A stretch of DNA of 64,000 bases. Origin: Lepidodermella squamata (lineage: Eukaryota > Animalia > Gastrotricha). Positions 11,767-22,646 of the stretch are shown in pieces. The notes under the pieces are model-generated. The model made no database searches. It saw only the letters and a program-made list of their open reading frames with translations, and was not told the origin of the DNA. The translations under genes were made by a program, and so were the position numbers. The first letter of the stretch is position 1. Each line of letters opens with the position of its first letter. The stretch is from positions 2,232,001-2,296,000 of the forward strand of contig JBLDXI010000003.1 of assembly GCA_047495785.1 (NCBI GenBank). The letters run 5' to 3'.

Positions 11767-11977
11767 ATAGAGATTATTTTTGGGCGAGTGAATAATATTA
11801 CCCCAGATATTATTGCATATTTATGCGTTTTCAAGGGTCCTTATTACGAAAATTTCCACGAGGATAGGTCAAATATGACCGCCTTTTCCGCTATCCGCTA
11901 CAAAGCTCCCAGATATTGTATTCAGCCGCGATCCCGGAAACGTTAATTTTGCGTTGATCTTGTTACCAATTGTGTCA

Positions 11978-12216
11978 AAACCTCTGGATGTGTATTTCTT
12001 TATCATTATCAAGTCTCAGCGGCTATTTCACGTCTTCGGGTTCATTCTCCGTCATTTTCACAAAATACTGATGGCGTCTTACCGAGATGAATACTTTCGA
12101 TTATTGTATTGCCAAATGCAATAAAACCGCCGGCAAAGATGATAACATAACAATATCATCGCATAGCATTTGAACACCTGCTTGGGCAATACGCTTCATT
12201 GAATAGAGGTGAAAAA
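11978..12216 (+). repeat. Direct repeat, copy 2
   Basis: Matches 10723-10977. Confidence 0.85.
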
Positions 12217-13278
12217 GTCGGACGATCAGTTCCCCATGTTAACAACGACACAAGGCCTGATGCTACGAGTGCACTCAAGTTCTCAGTAAAACAACAGAGG
12301 TTTTGTAGTTGAATATGCAGCGGCAGGAAAGGCGAAGCAAGAAACCATCAGCGAATAACCGGGAACCGGAAAATCAGTGAACACTTTAATGAGGTTTGAT
12401 GAACTACTTGTATGAACTTGAATTGAGGCTTTTCGATTGAACAACGACACGCTGCGTGATGCTATGAGTGAACTTATGTAGACCGGACGAATAGACAAGC
12501 ACGAATAGACAAAATAGCACGAAATGTATTAACAAAACAAATCAACTGAATTGAAACTTGGTGAACTGCAGATTGAACTTATTGAGGTTTTGTCATTAGG
12601 GTTCCGAAATTGAACACATAATTGTTGCTCGCTTATTCTTATTGCAGATTATAGAGACTACCCAGCTTCAGATCTTTTATCATCGACGAAATTGATAGAA
12701 AAGCAAATATATGACGAAATACTGGTATCAATTGAATGGATTTCAACCTAAGCAACTAAGCATAAGAAGCTACTGTGTTTCGTGTGTGAGACGCAACTGA
12801 ACGCAAAATGTCGAAAACAAATCTTAACATTTTCCAATCAAATGGTCTGCATCTCAGAACTGGAATTCCTTTAATAAGGTGCTTATATATGGGCTCGCCA
12901 AGTACCAATATCCCATGCCCTACTAAAAGCGGCTACAAATTTATAAGCATCACAACGTTCTGCTCTGTTAAAAATCGTATAGAACTGATTTGAATCTTAA
13001 TTTTCTGATTTTTATAATGGTCATTTTGTGTTGATCTTGCATAAACTTGAACAAAACATTTTAAAACGTGTTATTAATCTTCCGACCAGTTGTTTTATCG
13101 TTTTTAAGCCAGCAACCAACAAGGAAAAAATAATTTTGGATAATTTCGTAAAAACTCTAATGTCTGGATGCACTGGACACTATCAAGTTCAATAATTGTC
13201 TAGGTTTGATAGAGAAAAAACCCATTGATCGGATGTTTATTTGCTTTGAAGCCGGGTGCGCGATAAAGATCTCGTGGC

Positions 13279-13300
13279 TGACGTCACTGACCCTTTATAA
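13279..13300 (+). promoter_or_regulatory. Palindromic CRE (TGACGTCA) plus TATA box
   Basis: TGACGTCA at 13279-13286 and TATAA at 13296-13300, about 95 bp upstream of the ATG at 13394. Confidence 0.6.
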
Positions 13301-13393
13301 GGCAGACAGCTAGCAGCTCCTAATTCACTTCTCAACTTATTTCTTTGGAAATTTGATCTGTTCGTTTTCGAAAACCCACTTTCTTTGTAGATA

Positions 13394-13755
13394 ATGCTGC
13401 GCTGCGTAGCTTTCGCACTATTCGTAAGTTTTGTGAATCAATGATTGCATGGTTTTTAAATGATGCGTTTTACCACAATAAGGTTGCAGTCGTTCTGAGC
13501 GATGTTCTATCGGAGCAAAGCCGCGCCCCTTTGGCTGGTAAGCCCAAGGTGCCCATACCACATCCGGTCTCTGCACCACGTCCAGAGCCGCCAAGAGCCA
13601 AAACTGCTGGTTCTTCAAAAGTGCCCCATGTCAAACCTCCATCTCGTCCGGAGCCGCCAAGAGTCAGAACTGCGGCGAACAAGGATGCGAAAATTCAGAA
13701 GTCGCGAGAGGAAGCCAGAGCCATATTCTTCCGCCCCCCACCTTCCAGTGGCTGA
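13394..13755 (+). CDS. Small secreted Pro/Lys/Arg-rich peptide precursor (100 aa, 2 coding exons)
   Basis: Exons 13394-13423 (donor GTAAGT) and 13483-13755 give a signal-like MLRCVAFALF|VAVVLSDVLS, an internal repeat KVP..H..RPEPPR..TA x2, and the end FFRPPPSSG*. AATAAA near 13854. Confidence 0.75.
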
Positions 13756-14319
13756 AGTCTGAAATTCTCTTGATGGTAAGCATGAACTGCAAAGCCAAAG
13801 TGAGAAGTAGATGGTTTGCAAGGTTGTTTGATGATATTATTGAAGAATTATGAAATAAACATTATTTGCGAGCACATTACTCCCCCTTTTTCCTTGTTAC
13901 GCTTGTATCCCGGAACTTCGATAGATCTGATCATTTTTTGAACGTGAAAACGGAGAAGCTGGCCAAAGAAACGATTTTCATTATTTCGACTTTAATGCCA
14001 TTGAAAATTTCTCTTTCACTACGAATCAATCGCAATTTACAATTCTGTGAGATTAGATTTAGCCTCAAAGTCAAATGGTAAAGGGTTCATTACTAACTTG
14101 ATTAAGTCGTTTGGTATTCAAGGCACTTAGAGGTTTAGTCTTGAGCAGGAATGTCCCGATTTCGAGTTCATTACATTTTCCATTCAAACAAATGATCGGC
14201 CCTTTATTTATATTGACGCCAGGTGTGTGGTGTGCGGTCATAACGTACAACGTACACGTAATGTTTTTAGGAAGATCGCTGGAAGATAACACATGGCGGG
14301 TTTTTTGGCAGTTTGGAAT

Positions 14320-14822
14320 GGTTGTGTGCGAAAAGAGCAAGATGACATAAGAGCAATGATATTATATTAGATTTACACTGTGAATGTATGACTTAAGAGC
14401 AAGCGAAGAAAGAGCAGCGATATGAGAGCAAACGAAATAAGAGCAATGTAATAAAAAGAGCAATTTTTTGGTACATTGATATGGCAAAAAAATGGCGTCA
14501 AGCACGCGATGTTGCTCATTATTTTTCATTAGCAGCCCCAAAGCCAACCAAGAAAGCGGGTCTCGTTGCCAATTCTTCGAAGAAAAAACTGATTGGGCGC
14601 GTGCGAACTTATGGTAGTGGGACGAAAGCTTGACAGAAAAAATGGCCGCATAGAAGAATAACATTTATATAGCAACTAGAAATAACAATATTGCTTTTAT
14701 ATTAAATTGTCGTTCTGCTCTTATTTCGATGCTCTTATCTCGTTGCTCTTATTTCGTTTTGCTCTTCTGTCATTGCTCTTATATCATTGCTCTTATCTCG
14801 CTTGCTCTTTTCGCACACAACC
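14320..14822. mobile_element. MITE with GGTTGTGTGCGAAAAGAGCAA terminal inverted repeats and GAGCAA subterminal repeats
   Basis: The TIR is mirrored at 14802-14822, with GAGCAA/TTGCTC arrays of about 15-bp period. GAAT flanks both ends. Confidence 0.8.
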
Positions 14823-15411
14823 GAATGTACTCTATTAGATGGTCGAAGGGCTTTCGAGTTTAACTCGAGATATTTGAGCTCAAAGTAGGCATACTTGCCC
14901 CATGAAACCATCACTTCTGAAGGTCCTATGGCAATTTGGATTGCACCATCGTGTTCAGCATGGCCGAATTCCTAGGTGAGTTGATTTTCAAATTACCAGT
15001 CGCGAACAGATGCGAGAAATACAAAACCAAAAAATGTTTAGTTTTTAGTGAGTTGATTCAATTTTAGCAAAAAGTTGTCTCTCCATGTTACCCACAACTG
15101 TTTGTAGATTTCTCCACCCATCGGTGTCGAACTTCGCACCCCAGGTAATTCGACGCATCTTAGTCTCGATTTGCAGAGTCAAAGTTCACATATTTTTTGC
15201 TTCGTCATGCGTGGTGGGGTGGTCGATTAGGTCGGGAATTTTTTCATCATTATAAATGATTTCTTCGACTTTCACTCGTCTTCCTTTACTCGAGATTATT
15301 AACAAATCCGCCTTAACATCGGATTTTTTGTCTAATTACGCGTTTTCTCGATTAGAATCAAAACTCGGTGCTCTAACATATATTAGAAAGCTGAGTTCGG
15401 CTCAAATTTAC

Positions 15412-15737
15412 GTTTCTTCTTGTCCGATGTTACCGTGACATAGCTCCACACTTTGCAAACCGGGCAGCAAAAGTCATTGGATGATTTGGCCAATTTTTGA
15501 GCTCATTTCTCGCAGAAAGAGTGGCCACATGTAGATAAGGCGATTGGCGATTCGAACTTATTCGAACAAACGCTGCATTTGAGTACCTAGTTCATTCTAA
15601 TAACATTTCAGATCCAGAAAATGAGAACAAAAGCTCACGCCCGGCAATGGACCGTCGATTTCGACTCGGTTGCCGCATTTCGGAGTCTTCGCCGATCGAC
15701 CATCAATTAAGTCTGGACTCTGGCGCTTTCCAAACAT
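15412..15737 (-). pseudogene. TRIM-ANK 5' fragment (exons 1-2, RING), pseudogene
   Basis: Exons 15737-15639 and 15586-15412 have the same lengths as copy A and are very similar. A RING Cys codon is TGA (15503-15505). No downstream exons found. Confidence 0.85.
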
Positions 15738-16035
15738 GGATTGAAAATTTCTAAGATTAAAGAAATTAATGAAAGTATGGCTTTTTACAAAAGTTCCTGT
15801 GAATTTCACCTAAAAAAGCTTTGAAAAATTGCCAATTTCGGAAGCGATGTCGAAATTCCAGAAATAATTATTATTCGCCCAATGAATCTCAATTTTTTTT
15901 TCACAGAGAGAGCAAATTGCACAAAATACGCAGCATTTTAATGCTAGTTGTCAATGCCAGACGTAATAAATTTGAGCTAAGATTGTTATTAGTTTCTAAA
16001 TTCAATATGGTTCACAAATTCAAGTAAAAAATGCG

Positions 16036-16525
16036 CTACTTGTAATGACTTTCCAGGTGAGAATTGAAGGATCTAAGCACGTTCCATTTTCAAGCACTAA
16101 TGGCCCTGCCAAGAGCGCAGAATTTGTAATAATCGGGCGTGAAGATCGTGGGAGGGAATTTTGACGCCAAGTAGTCTATTATTTCAAACCGCACGTTCTT
16201 TTCCACGGCTAAATTCAACGGAGTCTTCCCATTAATTTCTTGAAGATTGCCATCCAGACCGTATTTTTCAACCAATTTTACGACCATATCCAGATTTTGG
16301 GACATGACAGCGAGATGCAAGGCGTTACATTGCTGTTTGTCGACAGTTTTCACACTGCAACCTTGATTGATGAAAAACTGAAAAATCCGAGGCCGATCGA
16401 CCATAACAGCTCGAAGTAACGGTGTTTGACCATAAAATGCGTTTTTCTTCTTCCGAATCGGGAATAATCGCGTTCAATTTATTCAAAATCGGCGAGAAAT
16501 CACCGTCTTCCTTGTTGCGATACTG
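16036..16525 (-). pseudogene. TRIM-ANK 3' fragment (C-terminal ankyrin repeats), pseudogene
   Basis: Close to 26782-27260 (ALHLAVMSQNLDMVVKLVEKYGLDG.LQEINGKTPLNLAVEK). Frameshift near 16440 and premature TGA at 16090. Confidence 0.85.
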
Positions 16526-17389
16526 AAAGGCTGAAAAACAAGAGCACGGTTGGCGAGGTAGGTACAAATTACAAATTACGCCTAAAAATTGAATTTCCCT
16601 CGGTTACGGTTCTGGTTCCCTTTTTATCCGAATTTATCCCTGTGAGAAACACTATTTGACAGCATTTGCTATGTGTTTTCAATGGTTCTGATTAAGATTT
16701 TAAAAGCCGCTTGTCTCCATCTATCACCGTTGAGGCTGCACGGTAACTGGGCGAGTGCGTCCAATCGGCCCAGCTGATTTCGGACTATTTTTTGAGCAAC
16801 CTAATTTTTGTATCAGATGATGCTTTTCACAATGGCTTTTCGGATTCTAAATTGCTCCAATGAAAGTCCCCGACAGTCCCTCACTGATACCACTTATTTT
16901 CAAAAATCAGTATTCCGAATACTATTCAGCTTTTTCGCGCGGCAGTCTTAACGCCTGCGTAAGTCAGGACAGCGATTTCGATCGATTTGATAAACATTTC
17001 TATTGCGTCGTCATCACAAAATTGAAATTTCGAAAAACTTGAAATTGCTGTATTGCTGTGCATTCTGTCTGAATTCCGATAACGTCCTTGTGGCCGTGAA
17101 AGAGTTAACGACATGCCTCGAGGTATTCTGGGTATCGCAACAGAGCTCCATCTTCATCACGATTTCTACTACTTCTCTTGCATTTTCCATTCCTGACAGC
17201 TTCGACTCATCGTTACAATTTACAATTCTATTTGTATTTGTATGCATTTACTTCCAAGGGCAAGCGAATTCAGAATTCTGCAAATTGAACCTCTTATTAT
17301 GCCACGTGAACCTCAGATTTTCTAATTAGGTGATAGCCCGAATAAGATAAATCACCCTGGATATGACTTCCAAGTCAGAAAGGGGACCT

Positions 17390-19252
17390 CTACTTGGGCG
17401 GAATCATGTCACAGTCGAATGATTTAGCAACCAAGTAACCCACATCAGTAGCCTTCCAGTCCATGGCACCGATGAAAATGACTGTCGTGCAGTAGTCAAC
17501 ATCGCTGATGGTCAGAGTTTCAATGGCCTTCGCGTGAAGACCCGTCAGCGTTGCTGAATACGAACTCTTCCACGCTTGAGTTGAATTCGAAACAGGGAAA
17601 ATCTAAAAATGAGTAGTGAGTTGCAAGGAAATTCAAGTCTAATAGAAACCTTACTTGAAGGTAGTTAATGTTGTAGTCGAAGCTATTTCGGCAGCCTACA
17701 ATAGTGTTACCGAATTGATCAATTATCGGTGCATTTGCGAGGAAGCATTGTACTGACGACCGGATGAACTCGTAGCGGCCCGTTAATCCTTGCCTAAACA
17801 GGTGAAGAAAATACCTGTCTGCAAACAGCGCAATTTTTTCATCCCCAGACTGTCCGTAATGGTTGTTGGTGGTCATTGATTCGAACGTTTCGCTGACTTT
17901 TACTCCGGTTGGGTAATTGATCCAGTACTGAAGCGTATCCGGGAAAGACGATCCGTCAATCAGGGAAAACGCAATCGCGTCTCCTGTTGCCGCGTTCGAA
18001 CACCACAGATAGTTCAACTCAGGATCTGCATGGAGGTCGGTGCACCACGCACGACTTGACACCGATTTGACAAATACCTCAAGGGATACATTACCAGCGC
18101 CCTGTCCCGACAGCAAAGGTTCCAAGTCAGCATAATAAATGGTCTGTGTAGAATACGACACAAAAAGTCTGCCGGTTGCATCGTCGTAAGTACAGCTTAA
18201 GATCGCGGACTTGGGATCAAGGCCTGGAGGAACGGTTTTGACCGTCCACATTGGGGTCCGCTCCATCATGTCGATGAGCCAATCGCCGTAAATGCTTCTG
18301 GTAGACTTTTTCGGTGGTTCGGGCAGTTTGAATGCTTGCAATTCGTTATAAGAATTTACAGTGAGAATAATTTTGCTCTTAATCTCGTCACGAGAAATGG
18401 TCTGAGTTTTGTGAGTTGTACCACGAGGCTGCAGACGATTTTTCGGCTTGCGAAGGGTGGCTACGTAAACACCTTTATACCTAGCAGATCTGTGGGTGTA
18501 GATCGTTTGAAACTCCGTATTTCCGTTCGTTGGTCGATTCCAGTACTGAAGGGAATGGGTGACACGGATTCTTAAGATTTCCTTCAATAGCTTACCCCAT
18601 CTTTTTGCAGGCTTTCAACAGGCTTCGAGCCCGATCCCGAATCCGATTCGCCTTCCTTCAGCCTGCAGTAAGTGTTAGAAACTTGCCAAGTACCATCGGC
18701 TTGGCATAAAATGTTTGATCCGACAAGTTCATAGCCTTCCTTGCATTCAACCACTTGATGGCTACCGACAAATGGCGGGCAATCGCTATGGGGCAAATAG
18801 CCATTGTCGATGACAGGTAAAGGACCTGAGCAAATAGGAACGCAGCTCCCGGCAGATGTCCATTTCTGGTCTTTGCCACAATGGATTGTAGCAGAACCGT
18901 TGATGGCATAGCCCGGTTTGCAGGTGACAACCAGCTCACTGCCTATTGTTGTTGTTGTCACCGAAATCTGGCCATTTTCGACTTGGCCAGGGTGGCCGCA
19001 GCTCTTTTCACAGGTAACAAGCCCTGGCGGATACCAAGTACCGCCAGCTAAGCATTTCTGGACTGTAACGCCGCAGGCGTCAGAAACGGTGAAGCCATCG
19101 TCGCAAAGCAGGCCCAATCCAGTCCCAATTGGCGCAACGTCACCTACAGAAGATCCTGTAAGAAAAACGATGGCATTTTCCCGTTTCGGAATAACACAGG
19201 TCCCGTAGATAAAATCTATCGAGCACGCTACAACCACTATACTCAGAAACAT
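17390..19252 (-). CDS. Secreted protein with 3 Sushi/CCP domains and a beta-propeller-like C-terminal region (about 586 aa)
   Basis: Exons 19252-18596, 18545-17655, 17602-17390 (all phase 0; donors GTAAGC and GTAAGG). Signal peptide, CCP patterns (CGHPGQVENG..TCKPGYAING..C..W..C), and blade-like motifs (TYDDATGRLFVS, DLHADPELNYLWCS, PIIDQFGNTIVG). Confidence 0.82.
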
Positions 19253-20165
19253 TTTCGTCGTTTCGAACAAGGTATACGTAACTGTGGGAAATTACCTGAA
19301 TTTTTGTACTTAGCCGTGAGAAAAATCCTTCGCTTATCTAATCAATGAAGCAAATCACACGAAATGGAATTATGGAAAAGGAAAATATGCCGACTTTAAC
19401 AGCATGCTAATACTCTGAGCCTGAATGATAACACGGTGGATGAAAACAATAAGAAAACGTAGGTTATTTCCAGTTTAGTTACTCCTCATGGTTAGCTAAA
19501 TGGAATTTTGTAAAATTTCGCTTGTATGTATGTCCAGGATTTAAGGACTGATGCTCATCTGTGGGAAAACTCTGAGAAATGGGGAAAATCTAATCAAACT
19601 GAGTTAAAAGCTCAGTGGCAACCCGACTGTAACCTTCGAAATGCGATTGTCTCCCTATATGTTTGGCGAACCTTTGCCTCGCACAAATACAGTATACAAA
19701 AATACTTTTTATGCGCTATTTCCTCATTTGCCGAGTGAAGCGAACAAAGTTGAAATTTGTACGTGAAATGAGAGCAGCGACAATCAGCTTGACGCTCGAA
19801 TCATGTACCTAAAATCAGACATTATTGAGTCTGACATTGGGAAAATGCGTCAGAAAGGTCTGTGACCTCTTTCATTAGAGGACAAAATTACTGCTGAAGA
19901 TTAAACATTCCATAATGAAAAGCTATAGGCCATAATCGCAGCGAATAATGTCGTAGTCTCAGGACACGTGAAGTTCACCCTATCCCCTATCAAAAGCCGA
20001 TGACAAAATTAAAATGCTGACATGTGCACGGCGTGAAAAGGTGAGATTCGCCAGACAATTTAAACTGACATGCATTTTTGTGGCGGTGACATAATTAAGG
20101 AGCGTATATAATCGAGAGCTTTGCTCCAATAAAATCATTCTTTGGTTTTATATTTCCGCAAAATC

Positions 20166-20546
20166 ATGAATTTCACAATCTCACTTCTGATTTCATCAGT
20201 GATAACGCTAGCGAACTCGGCTCCTACTACTCGCGATGAGCAATCATCGAAGCATGCCAAGTCCCAGGTGAACTTCAAGACAATATTGGAGCACAAATTC
20301 ACAACAGCGCGAGACTTCATGACAGAAGAAATGGAGCAGTTTTTCGGTGGTTCTACAATAAACGCCTGCGCTCAATGCTTTAACGTCGCAGAAATACCGC
20401 CAGATAGTTTCGCCGCTTGGTACTTGAAACGGCCGCTTATAGTTAGAAGCGCTTACAAGAACATGATGATGGCCTACGGCTGTTCGAAGCTTCCAATCAT
20501 CGACCGAATGTTTTTCCTGAAGCAGCGAAAATGCCTAAAAGCATGA
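20166..20546 (+). CDS. Secreted 4-Cys orphan protein, copy 3 (126 aa)
   Basis: Signal-like N-terminus, family motif, and TATATAA at about 20106. Confidence 0.88.
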   Translation: MNFTISLLISSVITLANSAPTTRDEQSSKHAKSQVNFKTILEHKFTTARDFMTEEMEQFFGGSTINACAQCFNVAEIPPDSFAAWYLKRPLIVRSAYKNMMMAYGCSKLPIIDRMFFLKQRKCLKA

Positions 20547-21434
20547 TATTGGTGATTTCAGCTTCAAATAATTTGCAAACTATGCTAGACCTATACGTTA
20601 TATGGAAATTCAATTAGGAAAAATGAAAAATAAATGGTATTCTTCGGATTCCGCAAGACTTTTACATTCGGGTTCACTTTGATTGAAAAGGAAACGCTAG
20701 GAGCGATAATGACTGATGTTAACCCTTTCATTGCGGAATTATTTATCTGCGTGGGAAAAAATATTAGACGGCAGACCCTGATCACGATTCTGAAATCCGT
20801 TTATCTCTATCTATCACTTTTAAGGCTGTACGAAAACAGGCCGAAACAGGCGAATTTTCGAGCCCCTTAATTTCTGTGTCAGGTGCCTTCAAATTTGGAA
20901 TTTAGGATTCTAAATATGTCCCTAAGATTATTCCTCACTTCTATCGCCGAAAACACTCATTTTAAAAAAGTTTCAGAGGCTCAGCATTCAGATCTGAATT
21001 CGCAGCTTTTCCAGTTTTTCCTCGCTACAGTTTTTGCAGCACAAAAATCAAGTCTGGGCGGATAGGACGAATTCGGCCGGTTTTATTGTATTTCAGTAGC
21101 GGCATCATTTTCAATTTCCAAGTCGACAAAATTTAAACAGAGGTCAATAAGACTATGGCCTGCAAGAAGAATTTGAATCAGCACGCCTGGGCCCTCTATA
21201 TGGAGGATTAAGATACGGAAATCGTGACTTTTTTTGGAAATCAGGAATTTGTTTGACTAAACCGAAGAAACTAAGACGGAGGTAAATCCGACACTCTCGA
21301 ACCTGCGTCGTTCGCAGTGGCAAAGGATTACGACGAAACGAGTTGCCAGCGCAAGACTCGGAAGTAGCTATATTTCCTTCATACTTGAGTCCTTTTATAA
21401 TGCAAATGAGCGGAGCAAATGAGGGTTTTGGGGT

Positions 21435-21660
21435 TCATTCGGGATAATGAAGGTCAGGCATGTTATACCTAGAATGAGAACAACAGCGATTTACGTCCTC
21501 GTCTAAAATCAGGCTAAATTCAGCCTGGCATGTATGAAAGAGCTCCCCTGTGCTAGGCATACCACTGTGACAATATATCAGTTTTTTGTCCATAGTGGCA
21601 GCAAATTCGCCGTAATACGTGATCCCGTAACTTGAACACTTGAATTTCAACCTATGATTA
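21435..21660 (-). pseudogene. Possible PPP-family Ser/Thr phosphatase remnant
   Basis: ANH..SSYG..AATMDKKLIYCHSGMPS resembles GNHE..YGF..AAIVDEKIFCCHGGLSP, but it is short and degenerate. Confidence 0.3.
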
Positions 21661-21843
21661 GCCGATGACAAAATCAGATAATTGACATGTGCACAGCGTG
21701 GAGAAATGACCCTTCACAAATTAACGAGACAACATGGGTAAACGCCCATTTTTTCGAAGTGACAAAATTAGGAATTTTTTGCTTATAATCGAGAGCCGTC
21801 GACCTCAAACCTCATTCTTTCTTTCGTAAATCCGCGCAATAAC

Positions 21844-22227
21844 ATGCATTTTACCATCTCACTTTTGATTTCCTCAATGATAACGCTAGCGAACTCGACT
21901 CATCCTACTGCCAGGAATGAGAAATTGCTGAACCATGTCGAATCCGAGGCACGAGTCAAGACGATATTGGAGCACAAGCTAAAAACAGCGCGAGATTTAA
22001 TGGCAAAGAAAATCGAACAATTTGCTGGTATTTCAACGTTAAAAGCTTGTGCTCAGTGTTTTAACCTCATGGAAATACCGCCGGAAAGTTTTGGCGCTTG
22101 GTACTTGAAGCGGCCACTTTTGATCAGAAGCGCTTACAAGAACATGATGATGGCCTACGGCTGTTCGAAGCTGCCCGTTATCGAACGCATGGTATTCCTG
22201 AAGCAGCAAAAATGCTTAAAACCATGA
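21844..22227 (+). CDS. Secreted 4-Cys orphan protein, copy 4 (127 aa)
   Basis: Close paralog of copy 3, with a shared upstream block (GCCGATGACAAAAT..TGACATGTGCAC) and TATAA at about 21785. Confidence 0.88.
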   Translation: MHFTISLLISSMITLANSTHPTARNEKLLNHVESEARVKTILEHKLKTARDLMAKKIEQFAGISTLKACAQCFNLMEIPPESFGAWYLKRPLLIRSAYKNMMMAYGCSKLPVIERMVFLKQQKCLKP

Positions 22228-22646
22228 TATTACCGATGCCAACTGCCAACTTCCAACAATTTTCTAAAACTCTATTTGAGAGACTAACGGATAGTTTCAT
22301 GGTCATAATCTGATATTTAAAGGATTTTTAGTATTAAAATGGAAAATTCCTGTAAGGAAATCGTTTCAAATTTGATGTCGATGAAAAGTCATAGGGACGG
22401 GCATTTTCGGGCATTGGCAAATTTTCAGTCATTTTCATTTGTTTTGAAAACGTAAACGTCCAGATGGCACTGCGTTCAATTTTCAATTTCAGCTCGCTCA
22501 ACAACAAGAAAAATGTTATCTTCGCAGATGACTTTAATTCAAAAACTTACTGAACCCTATATACTAGGGGTTATATTGCAGGTGAAATCGAAGAACATTC
22601 GTAACATATTCTAAATATGGGAACCAGTGAAAAATGAATGTTTTAG

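Noticed and set aside
12648-12830. C-type-lectin-like ending (LCFVCE) after a splice acceptor
   Set aside because: Too short, frames are interrupted, and there is no WIGL or WND motif.
15503-15505. TGA at a conserved RING cysteine read as selenocysteine
   Set aside because: The copy lacks all downstream exons and no SECIS can be shown, so a TGC-to-TGA nonsense change in a pseudogene is simpler.
16700-17330. Possible transposase or gene remnant
   Set aside because: Short broken ORFs without diagnostic motifs.
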